DNA of 63,654 nucleotides from an uncultured Anaerolineales bacterium (GTDB taxonomy: Bacteria; Chloroflexota; Anaerolineae; Anaerolineales; UBA11858), in NCBI GenBank assembly GCA_964457375.1, contig CAYWFK010000007.1:1-63654 (forward strand), in the 5' to 3' direction. Below, one piece after another: positions 21,703 through 29,840 of this stretch (the first letter of the stretch is position 1; each line of letters opens with the position of its first letter). Made by a program: the position numbers and the translations under genes. A model generated the notes under the pieces. The model did no database searches. It was not told where the DNA came from and saw nothing but the letters and a program-made list of their open reading frames with translations.

Positions 21703-23007
21703 ATGAATAAGAAGATATTACTAGGATTGTTGACAGTTGTTGTTGCGCTGGGGATTTTTTATCTATCGCGTTTTGCGTGGGTATTGTTGAGAAATCAACC
21801 TGAATTTACTTATGCCACCTACGCTGAGGCTCAAAAAGACGGAATGATCGAGAAAGGCTGGATTCCGGCATTTGTTCCGGAAACAGCGACAAATTTGCAT
21901 TTGGCAATTAATCTGGATACAAATAACAGCTTGCTTTCTTTCGAAGCACCCGAGAAGGCACTTGACGATGTGGCGGATTGCGCTGCTGTTTCGCAAAAAG
22001 GAAGCCACGCGTTGAACGCCCGGTGGTGGTCGGATGAGTATTATAACGACTCTGCCACTCGGTTTTATCGCTGCGGTAAAGAAAAGTGGCTGGCGGTCAA
22101 TAAAAACAAGGTGTGGTATTGGGTTGGAATGAAGCATTTGACAGTCAAGGAACTTGTCCGTCATGCGAAGTCCTATACCTACCTTGACAAAATGGATGTG
22201 ATACTTTCCGGATATGTGGACTTGTCCAATGTGTTCGATATCCGCACGCATGACGAGAGTAATACGTTTGGACTGGTTCCTGATTTCCGGAAAGGGGGTG
22301 AGAATGATGTTTTTGTGATTTTCGATAATACAGATGATGCTTATGCTGTATTGGACCAAATCCACAACGAGACGCCGAGTTGTACTTCTACGGATATTGC
22401 CATCCGGATGGAGATGGAGGGAATGCTGCGCAAGTTTGAAATGCCGATGAATTTCAATACCGATATCGGTTATCAAATTCAGGTGCATGACTATCAGGAC
22501 ATTGTTTTCCTTTCCAAAATGGGTGACCCGTTACCCAGCAGCAAAGCCGAATTCAGAACCAGGATTAGGTTGTTGTTGCCGGATGGAAACAAGTTGAAAC
22601 TGCCGTCGAAAGCCTGGCAGCTGATGCAAGCCGGTTTTACCGTTTCTCCTGTCGTGGAATCTTTCGCTCAGCTTTGGCGTGTTCGCGCTGAAAAGATTTC
22701 CGCAGGTGATATAAACGGAGATGGCAAAGAAGATGCGGCGGCTTTGATTCGTGTCAGGAATGACGGGGAAGCGCCGTTGTTGTATCTTGTGGCTGCGGTT
22801 GCCGAAAATGAATTCACTCTGCCTGAGGATGCGACGTATATAGGCAAGAACCTGAAAGTGAAAGGGTTGGAGATACACGATGGCACGATCGAACTTCATT
22901 ATTCGATGGCGCCGGCGGGCAAAGCGGATTCCAGTGACTCGGCAGGTAATGTCGTCCGGGTTTTCAAACTGGTCGATAACCGCCTGGTCGAGGACTCTAA
23001 ACCTTAA
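21703..23007 (+). CDS. Hypothetical multi-domain membrane-anchored extracellular protein
   Basis: N-terminal TM; C-terminal GDINGDGKED DxDGDG-type Ca-binding motif. Confidence 0.7.
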   Translation: MNKKILLGLLTVVVALGIFYLSRFAWVLLRNQPEFTYATYAEAQKDGMIEKGWIPAFVPETATNLHLAINLDTNNSLLSFEAPEKALDDVADCAAVSQKGSHALNARWWSDEYYNDSATRFYRCGKEKWLAVNKNKVWYWVGMKHLTVKELVRHAKSYTYLDKMDVILSGYVDLSNVFDIRTHDESNTFGLVPDFRKGGENDVFVIFDNTDDAYAVLDQIHNETPSCTSTDIAIRMEMEGMLRKFEMPMNFNTDIGYQIQVHDYQDIVFLSKMGDPLPSSKAEFRTRIRLLLPDGNKLKLPSKAWQLMQAGFTVSPVVESFAQLWRVRAEKISAGDINGDGKEDAAALIRVRNDGEAPLLYLVAAVAENEFTLPEDATYIGKNLKVKGLEIHDGTIELHYSMAPAGKADSSDSAGNVVRVFKLVDNRLVEDSKP

Positions 23008-23063
23008 AAGGTAAAATTTATTAGTGAGTGTGCAAAGATGTTATGTTTACGAGGAAATGCGTG

Positions 23064-23750
23064 ATGGACCGGCCGAATGTTTTAATTGTCGAAGATGAAA
23101 AACGAATCGCCCACTGGGTGAAAACTTATTTCGAGCGGGCAGGTTTCGAGGCAAAAACAGCCGAGAATGGTACAACCGGATTGGACATGGCTCTTTCTGA
23201 ACAGCCCGATTTGGTTGTGCTCGATTTGATGCTGCCCGGAATGGATGGACTTGCAGTTTGTCGTACACTGCGGGAAGAAACCAGTGTACCGATTATCATC
23301 ATGACTGCGCGGGGGAGTGAGCAGGACAAAATCCTTGGCTTGCAACTTGGCGCAGATGATTATGTTGTCAAGCCGTTCAGCCCCGGCGAGTTGATTGCCC
23401 GGGCAGAAGCAGTTCTTCGAAGAACCCGAGGACAGAACGGCAGCGGGCAGTCATTCCGTGTGAATGGCGTTGAACTTGATGTCAGTGCACATATCTGTAT
23501 TGTCAACGGGAAGGACGTGCCTTTGAGCCGTACCCAGTTCAATTTGCTGGCGGTTCTGATGAAGAATGCCGGACGTGTACTCACACGTGAGCAAATGGCG
23601 CAGGCAGCGTTTGATTCGGGTTATGAAAACTATGGCCGCACAATCGATGTCCATATCCGCCGCTTGCGCAAGCAAATCGAAAAAGACCCTTCGAGACCAC
23701 GGCGCATCCAAACCGTTTATGGTATCGGGTACAAGTTTTGTAAAGATTGA
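23064..23750 (+). CDS. OmpR/PhoB-family response regulator
   Basis: LIVEDE, LDLMLP (phospho-Asp), KPF, winged-helix RTIDVHIRRLR and TVYGIGY; GAGGA RBS before ATG 23064. Confidence 0.95.
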   Translation: MDRPNVLIVEDEKRIAHWVKTYFERAGFEAKTAENGTTGLDMALSEQPDLVVLDLMLPGMDGLAVCRTLREETSVPIIIMTARGSEQDKILGLQLGADDYVVKPFSPGELIARAEAVLRRTRGQNGSGQSFRVNGVELDVSAHICIVNGKDVPLSRTQFNLLAVLMKNAGRVLTREQMAQAAFDSGYENYGRTIDVHIRRLRKQIEKDPSRPRRIQTVYGIGYKFCKD

Positions 23751-23756
23751 GTATCC

Positions 23757-25565
23757 ATGAAAAAGATCTTCTCACGGAAACTGAAATGGGAACTGGCAGG
23801 GATTTTAAGCCTGGTGGTTGTCCTGACTGTTGCTTTGAATAGTCTGTTTTCCTTATGGCAGACTAGTCAGGGTTTCGAAATCTATGTTTCCGGCGAGAAC
23901 AGGGCGAATGCCGAGACGATTGCGCCTGTGTTGGAAAAATACTATGATTTTTACGGAAACTGGGACGGATTGAAAACTTTACTCGACCAGCAAGCGAACT
24001 ACGACAAAGCTTATTACGATTGGACCAGTGGGGTCGACTGGCTAACTGTCGCCGTGGAAACGATCGGTATTGATGAAAAAAAATTCTATGATGAATATGA
24101 TCGCACGTGGTACGTTGCGGGAATTGCGCGTAAGTATGGTGTTGATCCTGAAAAAATCGTTCAAAACATCATCGATGCCGAACAGCGCGCAGTTGACAAA
24201 GCAGTGACGGATAGAATACTTCCAGCGAAAACTGCCGAGCAAAATATGGTAATAGCCAAGGCTTTCGCTGCCGCTTTTGTATTTTCGAATGATGATAACA
24301 ATATCGGGGAACTCATGAATTTTGTGTATACCCCTGATGTTGTGAATGTTTTGCTTGGGACGCTGGTTATGGGGGACCAGCGGATTGTGGTGGTTTCTAC
24401 CAGCGGTTTCGTGGTGTATGACAACCTCCAGGACGAAGAGAAAAATATACTGGGCAGCCATCTGGATGAAAGAAGTCTGGAAATCGGCGTACCGCTCTAT
24501 GATAAAAGTTCCAAAAAGAGGATCGGTACGGTCATTGTCGGGTCGTTCTCGGGTACTTATGGACCTCAACAGCAAATCTTTCTGGAAAAAATCAACCAGT
24601 CTTTTCTCATGAGCGGGCTTTTGGCAAGCATCATCGGGGTGTTGATCGGTATCTGGACTTCACAGCGAATTACGGCACCGGTTACCGCTTTGACTGAGTC
24701 GGCGCGCAGGATGGTGGACGGGAATCAACCGATGAGATTGTCCGTTCGCTCTAATGACGAGCTGGGGCAAATGAGCCAGGCGTTCAACAAGATGATCGAC
24801 GCTCTGGAAGAGCAGCAGGCGTTAAGAAGCCGTTTGCTGCATGATGTTGCCCATGAACTGAATACACCGCTCAGTGTGATTCAACTTGAACTGGATGCCA
24901 TGAACGATAAGCTGCAGGCGCCGGAGGATGCTGCTGTGCATGTGTTGGAAGAAGTGGTGCATCTGCGGAATATCATCAATGACTTAACCTGGCTTTCGGA
25001 GACGAATGACGGTGAATTGCAGCTGGAATCACATCCGCTTGATATCTGCGCCGAGTTGCAGGAACGGGTGGCTTATTGGCAGCCGGTGGCAGACGCGAAA
25101 AGTGTCAGTCTGGTGCTGGATATTGCGCCGGAACTGGATGCGGAAGCACCGTTTGTGCAGGCGGATGAATTTCGGCTGGCACAGGTCTTCCGGAATTTGA
25201 TGGATAATGCCTTGCGTTATACCCCATCCGGGGGAACGATCACCGTTTCACTCAAACGGGAAACTCTTGAAACCCCGGGTGAGAAGAAGCAGTATCTGGT
25301 GACACGCGTAGAGGATTCCGGTATTGGCATTCCTCAGGAAGATTTGCCGCATATCTTCGAGCGGCTTTATCGTGTGGATCCTTCACGAAGCCGCGAGAAA
25401 GGGGGACATGGTTTGGGGCTTTCGATTGTGAAGCGGATCATCGAGGGGTACGGGGGTAAAGTATGGGCGGAAAGTACGTATCTTCAAGGGGCGACGATCG
25501 TTTTCGCTTTGCCTTGTTATGCAAGGGAAGATACTATGGGGAATACGCCCAAAGCCGAAGGTTAG
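23757..25565 (+). CDS. Sensor histidine kinase (BaeS-like) with enlarged extracellular domain
   Basis: Two TMs, HAMP (SNDELGQMSQAFN), H-box DVAHELNTPL, N/G boxes NLMDNA, DSGIGI, GHGLGL. Confidence 0.93.
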   Translation: MKKIFSRKLKWELAGILSLVVVLTVALNSLFSLWQTSQGFEIYVSGENRANAETIAPVLEKYYDFYGNWDGLKTLLDQQANYDKAYYDWTSGVDWLTVAVETIGIDEKKFYDEYDRTWYVAGIARKYGVDPEKIVQNIIDAEQRAVDKAVTDRILPAKTAEQNMVIAKAFAAAFVFSNDDNNIGELMNFVYTPDVVNVLLGTLVMGDQRIVVVSTSGFVVYDNLQDEEKNILGSHLDERSLEIGVPLYDKSSKKRIGTVIVGSFSGTYGPQQQIFLEKINQSFLMSGLLASIIGVLIGIWTSQRITAPVTALTESARRMVDGNQPMRLSVRSNDELGQMSQAFNKMIDALEEQQALRSRLLHDVAHELNTPLSVIQLELDAMNDKLQAPEDAAVHVLEEVVHLRNIINDLTWLSETNDGELQLESHPLDICAELQERVAYWQPVADAKSVSLVLDIAPELDAEAPFVQADEFRLAQVFRNLMDNALRYTPSGGTITVSLKRETLETPGEKKQYLVTRVEDSGIGIPQEDLPHIFERLYRVDPSRSREKGGHGLGLSIVKRIIEGYGGKVWAESTYLQGATIVFALPCYAREDTMGNTPKAEG

Positions 25566-25596
25566 ATCGCTTCGGTTGCCTCTTTTCGATGCCGAA

Positions 25597-25628
25597 TGAC
25601 GCCCCGCCAAGTGCACAGCGGGGCGTCA
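25597..25628. terminator. Stem-loop between the convergent kinase and polymerase genes
   Basis: 11-bp perfect inverted repeat TGACGCCCCGC/GCGGGGCGTCA. Confidence 0.5.
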
Positions 25629-25724
25629 ACGATTCTGGCGGGCTTCTTGTTCTGAGCCGGATGGCAGCGGTGATTTTTCGAACCGGCAGCACGGGTTCCC
25701 GGCCGGACTGCTGCCGGACGCATT

Positions 25725-28040
25725 TTATGGTGCGCCTGGCTGATGGTCCCGAAGAGGAGCGGCATTGTTTACAGACCATAGCGGGAAGTCGCTTTTCCCG
25801 TTGGGAGGAATCCCCGGCGGTGCAGCATACCCGGCATTCGACAAAAGCCAGTTGCGCAGGATTTTTTCGCTTACTCCGAACGGCTGGAATACCGTGGATG
25901 CGGCGCGTATCAGCAGAATGATGTAGCGATCGATATCCAGAGATGCCGGGTCAGGCCGCTCCGGAAGATCCCAGGCGTGAACACCGGGGCTGCCGATGGT
26001 GTACAGGAAGCGCACGCGTTGCCCGGGTTTTGTCTTTTTGCCGATTGCCTGGAGCTGGATGGCGGCGCGTGCAGCCGGCGGCAGGGTGCGGTATTCGTCG
26101 ATGGTGCGGCTGATTTTTTGCGAAACGAGCAGTTCCTGAAGGGGAATGCGGCCGGCGCGCAGATCCTGCAAGCGGTGGCGCAGCATGTTCGTCAAATCGG
26201 GCAGCGCCCGGGTGAGATGCCCGGGTGTTTGAATCCTGGCGAGGCGTTCGAGCATGGCTTGCTGGATGCCGGCGATGAAGGGGGGTGTATCACGGCGGCG
26301 GGCTTCGATACCGCGTATTTTCAGGGTGCCGTTTTGGAAAACGCCGAAAAAACGGTTGGCTACCGGCACCCGGTCGTCGATGCGGGAGGGCAGAAAAGCA
26401 ATCCAGCGGTATATGCCATCCAGCGCAATCGGCAGACCGGTGCGTTCCGAGATGGCATTCAGCACGGGTTGAAAATCTTCTGCGCATGATGCACCCGGTT
26501 TTTTGATCCACATGCCATCCACATACATGTGCAGAACGGTAAATCCGTGGCCTTCGACGATTTCCTTGGCGAGCAGAATGGCTTCGCGCCCGTAGGCTGT
26601 AACGGATTCGTGCGCCTCGATGCGGCCGAAGCGTGCGTTTTTATACCCGAGATAGCCAAAACAGGTAACCAGCAGCCACTTGTGGGCTGATGCATAAGCA
26701 CGATAGCGCCTGATGCGCGGATCTTTGGGGTGCAAGGATGCAATGCGCGTTTTCAGGTGTATGCGTTTTTCCAGAAGCGGTTGTAGAGTACGCGGCACCA
26801 GCCCTTTTTTGTCGGTGTCGATGTACAGATTCAGCGCCGGCACGCGGCGGGCGGACGGGATGTGCTCCCCCACCGTTTCCGGCGAAATATTGAAGTGTGC
26901 CATAATGCTCGGATACATCGAGGTGAAATCGATTTCCGCTACGTTTTTATGCAAGCCTGTCAGCGGCTGGTAGACGAGCCCGCCGCGGTCGGCGTGAATC
27001 AGTTCCAGCGCGGATTTGGGGTGTTCTGCCTGCTGTTTGTGCCAGGGAACCAGGATTTTGCTTCGTAGTGCTGTGGTGATTTCCATGGATGATATTCCTG
27101 TGCCGGGTGATAGACGGGCGGCACTTTGCAATGAAAGCCCGGTTACACGTGCCATTTCGAGTACGCCATCCAGGCCATAGTTGCCGAAAAGGACGGTGTT
27201 GCATACATCGATATGCCCGCGTCCGAACAGGCGGATTTGCCCGCCGCGATAAATCACCTGACCGTATGAAAAATAAGTGCGGTCTTTGCGTTTGTCGATT
27301 TTCAATGAGGCTTCGCGGTTGAGTGGCAGCGGGATGTTGGCTGTGCGGGAATGTTCCAGAAGGTAAGCGAGCAGCCAGGTATCTCCCCAGGCGGTGAGAA
27401 GCAAATCGGGGTCGCAGCGGCGCAGCAGGGCAGAGACCCCGACCAGCAGGGAACGCGCCGGTTCGAGCGTGAGCGTGTAATCGTTTTGCCCGCAGTGTAC
27501 CCGGAGTGCCCGGGGCGCTGCGTGAGACGGGTCGCAGTCCGGTTTGATGGTAAGCAAGCGCAGCGGAGGCGGTACCGGGTTGATATCCCATGGTGAATCG
27601 AGTGCTTCGATATGCAGGATTTGGTTGTCTTCACCGATTTGCAATCGGCAGTGTGCCAGTGGAAAGGTGCTGTGAAGAGCGTGATAGCGCAGCGCCAGGG
27701 GAATATCGGCATCGTAATAGGTCAGGTCGGGGAATGCTCTGGCAGCAGCCCTGAATACATGTGGCTGGCTGGCGGCATCTGCCACGCTGGCGGAAAGAAC
27801 GCGGATGGGTCCGGAATGAAAGATGTCGTTGCGTTCGGTGCGTGAAAGTTGTACGGGGATAGGCTGGTTTCTCAAAAATTTCCAAAGGGCACGCAATCGC
27901 GGCGCTGCCCCGGCGGCGTAGAAAGTGACCGGGAAATCCTGCCGCAGGCGGTAACGTTTTCTGTCTTCACCGATGAGCCAGATGATGACCCCCTCTTTGG
28001 GAACGGCGAAGATATCAAGCAGCCAACCGCATATTTCCAT
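25725..28040 (-). CDS. Family B DNA polymerase, PolB2 (Dpo2-like) subfamily; exonuclease motifs lost
   Basis: Motif A DFTSMYPS; motif B KWLLVTCFGYLGY; motif C reduced to HMYVDG; RGIEARRRDTP thumb; no DxE/NxxxFD exonuclease motifs. Confidence 0.9.
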   Translation of the reverse strand: MEICGWLLDIFAVPKEGVIIWLIGEDRKRYRLRQDFPVTFYAAGAAPRLRALWKFLRNQPIPVQLSRTERNDIFHSGPIRVLSASVADAASQPHVFRAAARAFPDLTYYDADIPLALRYHALHSTFPLAHCRLQIGEDNQILHIEALDSPWDINPVPPPLRLLTIKPDCDPSHAAPRALRVHCGQNDYTLTLEPARSLLVGVSALLRRCDPDLLLTAWGDTWLLAYLLEHSRTANIPLPLNREASLKIDKRKDRTYFSYGQVIYRGGQIRLFGRGHIDVCNTVLFGNYGLDGVLEMARVTGLSLQSAARLSPGTGISSMEITTALRSKILVPWHKQQAEHPKSALELIHADRGGLVYQPLTGLHKNVAEIDFTSMYPSIMAHFNISPETVGEHIPSARRVPALNLYIDTDKKGLVPRTLQPLLEKRIHLKTRIASLHPKDPRIRRYRAYASAHKWLLVTCFGYLGYKNARFGRIEAHESVTAYGREAILLAKEIVEGHGFTVLHMYVDGMWIKKPGASCAEDFQPVLNAISERTGLPIALDGIYRWIAFLPSRIDDRVPVANRFFGVFQNGTLKIRGIEARRRDTPPFIAGIQQAMLERLARIQTPGHLTRALPDLTNMLRHRLQDLRAGRIPLQELLVSQKISRTIDEYRTLPPAARAAIQLQAIGKKTKPGQRVRFLYTIGSPGVHAWDLPERPDPASLDIDRYIILLIRAASTVFQPFGVSEKILRNWLLSNAGYAAPPGIPPNGKSDFPLWSVNNAAPLRDHQPGAP

Positions 28041-28049
28041 GACGACCGG

Positions 28050-28313
28050 CTATATTTCCTTGCGGGAGATGGATTCAAGTGTGCGGCGCAAGCGCAAGAC
28101 TTCTTTGTGTTCTTCCAGAAGCATGGCAAGCAGGAATACCTCGAAGGGGAGGGCGTGTGCTGCGTAGGATGCGGCTGCCAGATGACGGCGTGCCGAGACG
28201 AACAAATCGTCCAGCGCACGCTGGTCTTCACGACGCAGGGCGCGCCGAAAGCGGGCGAACGCTGCCTGTTCTTGCAGGAATACCTGGGTGATGGATGATA
28301 ATGTGCGTCCCAT
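28050..28313 (-). CDS. Small helical protein of PolB2 operons (arCOG07300-like)
   Basis: MGRT...FRRALRREDQRALDDLF..AR.H..A......P.E..LL.MLLE pattern, as recalled for the small gene upstream of archaeal polB2. Confidence 0.8.
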   Translation of the reverse strand: MGRTLSSITQVFLQEQAAFARFRRALRREDQRALDDLFVSARRHLAAASYAAHALPFEVFLLAMLLEEHKEVLRLRRTLESISRKEI

Positions 28314-28388
28314 GATTCGTTTCCTCGGTTTCGATAGTTTTGGTTACAGTTTGGGTGTTGAAGCGACCGGCTGTTTGCCTGCGGAATA

Positions 28389-28922
28389 TCAAAACAGGCG
28401 GGGGTGTTGTTGTGCTGTTGCCTCAGGCGGAATATAGAGCGTATCGGCGGCCTGTTCGAGCGTTTCGAGAAGGCAGGTGCGCTCCGGCTGGGAAGTGCGG
28501 GGCGGGGATGCGCTGACGAGCACCGGGCCCCCGCGGCTCAGTCGCCGCAGGGAAACCAGGCATTCGTCCAGCAGGCGTTGGCATTCTTTCAGTTCCACGC
28601 TTTCATCGTAGAATGTGGCTAACAGATCGATCAGCACAATGGGAAAAGAAGTTGTCGAGGTTTCTTTCAGGAGTGTGTGCATCTGATAACAGGTAAATGC
28701 CCGCGCAACGTGGATTTGCTGAAGCACACGGCTGATGCCGGCTGTTTCGCGGCGGATATGCCGTGCTACGGCATAGGCGTTGAAAACATTTCCGCCATCC
28801 AGTACGTGCACCGCCCCCCTGCCACCAAGGCGGGCAATGGCTTTCAGGAGAGGAGCGTGCCCGTGCCTGGGGTAGATGGCCAGTGCCAAACCGTTTGCTG
28901 CGTGTGTTTCGAGTAGTTCCAT
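28389..28922 (-). CDS. Inactivated RadA/RecA-like protein (PolB2-associated; ImuA-like)
   Basis: LDGGNVFNAY, IHVARAFTCYQ and Walker-B-like IVLIDLLATFYD; Walker A absent. Confidence 0.75.
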   Translation of the reverse strand: MELLETHAANGLALAIYPRHGHAPLLKAIARLGGRGAVHVLDGGNVFNAYAVARHIRRETAGISRVLQQIHVARAFTCYQMHTLLKETSTTSFPIVLIDLLATFYDESVELKECQRLLDECLVSLRRLSRGGPVLVSASPPRTSQPERTCLLETLEQAADTLYIPPEATAQQHPRLF

Positions 28923-28957
28923 AGTTTTAGCTTAGCACGGTGCGATGCCGGAAACAA
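28923..28957 (-). promoter_or_regulatory. Putative promoter giving a leaderless mRNA for the RadA-like gene
   Basis: Minus-strand TTGTTT (28957-28952), 17 bp, TAAGCT (28934-28929), 6 nt, ATG; no Shine-Dalgarno. Confidence 0.45.
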
Positions 28958-28966
28958 TCCCTTGCA

Positions 28967-29008
28967 GGGGGTGTACGCGGGGGATATGGCGGGGTACCCC
29001 CGCGGGGG
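28967..29008. repeat. Phased G-run array G5-N7-G5-N7-G4-N9-G5 with overlapping palindromes
   Basis: G runs at 28967-71, 28979-83, 28991-94, 29004-08; palindromes GGGGTACCCC (28991-29000) and CCCCCGCGGGGG (28997-29008). Confidence 0.7.
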
Positions 29009-29024
29009 ACAAGTGCTTGCGGGT

Positions 29025-29444
29025 TCAGATGGATGTGTCAAGCCATTCGTGAAAGTCCCAGTCTGCCAGTGCCTGGCGCAAGGCTATTTTGCTGTGTGTA
29101 TTCGTCTTGCTGAGAATGTTGCGGACATGGCTTTTGACTGTTTCGGGTGCGATGATCAGCCTGCGGGCAATTTCGCGGTTGGTGTAATTGAGGCAGATAA
29201 GTGCGGCAACTTGTTTTTCGCGTGGTGAAAGTTCCTGCCAGCGTTCAAGGTTGGCTTCGGCTTCCTGCCGCCGTGTGGCGGCAATGCGCAGTAATTCGGA
29301 AGCGACTTTCTCGACGGCATGTCGTTCTTCGGCGGCGAGGCTTTCCAGAATCTCCCGGGTTTCCCGGTCGAGGCTTATGCTGATTTGCCGCCCGGGCGGA
29401 CGGCGGATGGTGTTTTGCAGACGCTGCCAGATAGATGTGTTCAT
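29025..29444 (-). CDS. LuxR/NarL-type HTH regulator with N-terminal ribbon-helix-helix-like segment, no receiver domain
   Basis: C-terminal LSPREKQVAALIC..YTNREIA.RL.IAPETVKSHVRNILSK; N-terminal QISISLDRETREILESLAAEE. Confidence 0.85.
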   Translation of the reverse strand: MNTSIWQRLQNTIRRPPGRQISISLDRETREILESLAAEERHAVEKVASELLRIAATRRQEAEANLERWQELSPREKQVAALICLNYTNREIARRLIIAPETVKSHVRNILSKTNTHSKIALRQALADWDFHEWLDTSI

Positions 29445-29527
29445 CGTTCGTATCCTGTGTTTTCGATTTGTTTGCGGGTGATGGTTTGCCGTGTGTTTCC
29501 CGGAAAAGGCGAACCGCTTTTTGTTCT

Positions 29528-29557
29528 ATTATATTAGAACATCTGTTCTGGTGTCAA
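29528..29557 (-). promoter_or_regulatory. Consensus sigma70 promoter containing a LexA (SOS/Cheo-type) box
   Basis: Minus-strand TTGACA (29557-29552), 18 bp, TATAAT (29533-29528); spacer holds the perfect palindrome AGAAC-ATCT-GTTCT (29536-29549). Confidence 0.85.
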
Positions 29558-29840
29558 GGCATGGAATGGCGTTTCGGATGAATCGGCAAGGCAGCAGCAA
29601 TCATTCCGGGGGAAAGTGTTGTGCGGCTGCTGAAAGCAGGGGGCGCTTTTTTTTCGAATAGCGGTCAACAATTGGCAATGAGGCTGGTATAATCTAGCGT
29701 TTGGGGCTGCATGGGCGCTGTTTTGCGGTGCGGAACATTGCCGATGTGAGTTTTCGAAAAGTAAGATATGATAGGGTAATGAATGAATTCAGGGAAAGCA
29801 TCTATTGGTGCTTCTCTCTGCGAGGGAAGAAGTTGGAGAA

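Noticed and set aside
25725-28040. PolB as marker of a casposon, prophage or pipolin
   Set aside because: No Cas1, integrase, terminal inverted repeats or capsid genes; motifs and neighbours match the cellular PolB2 cassette.
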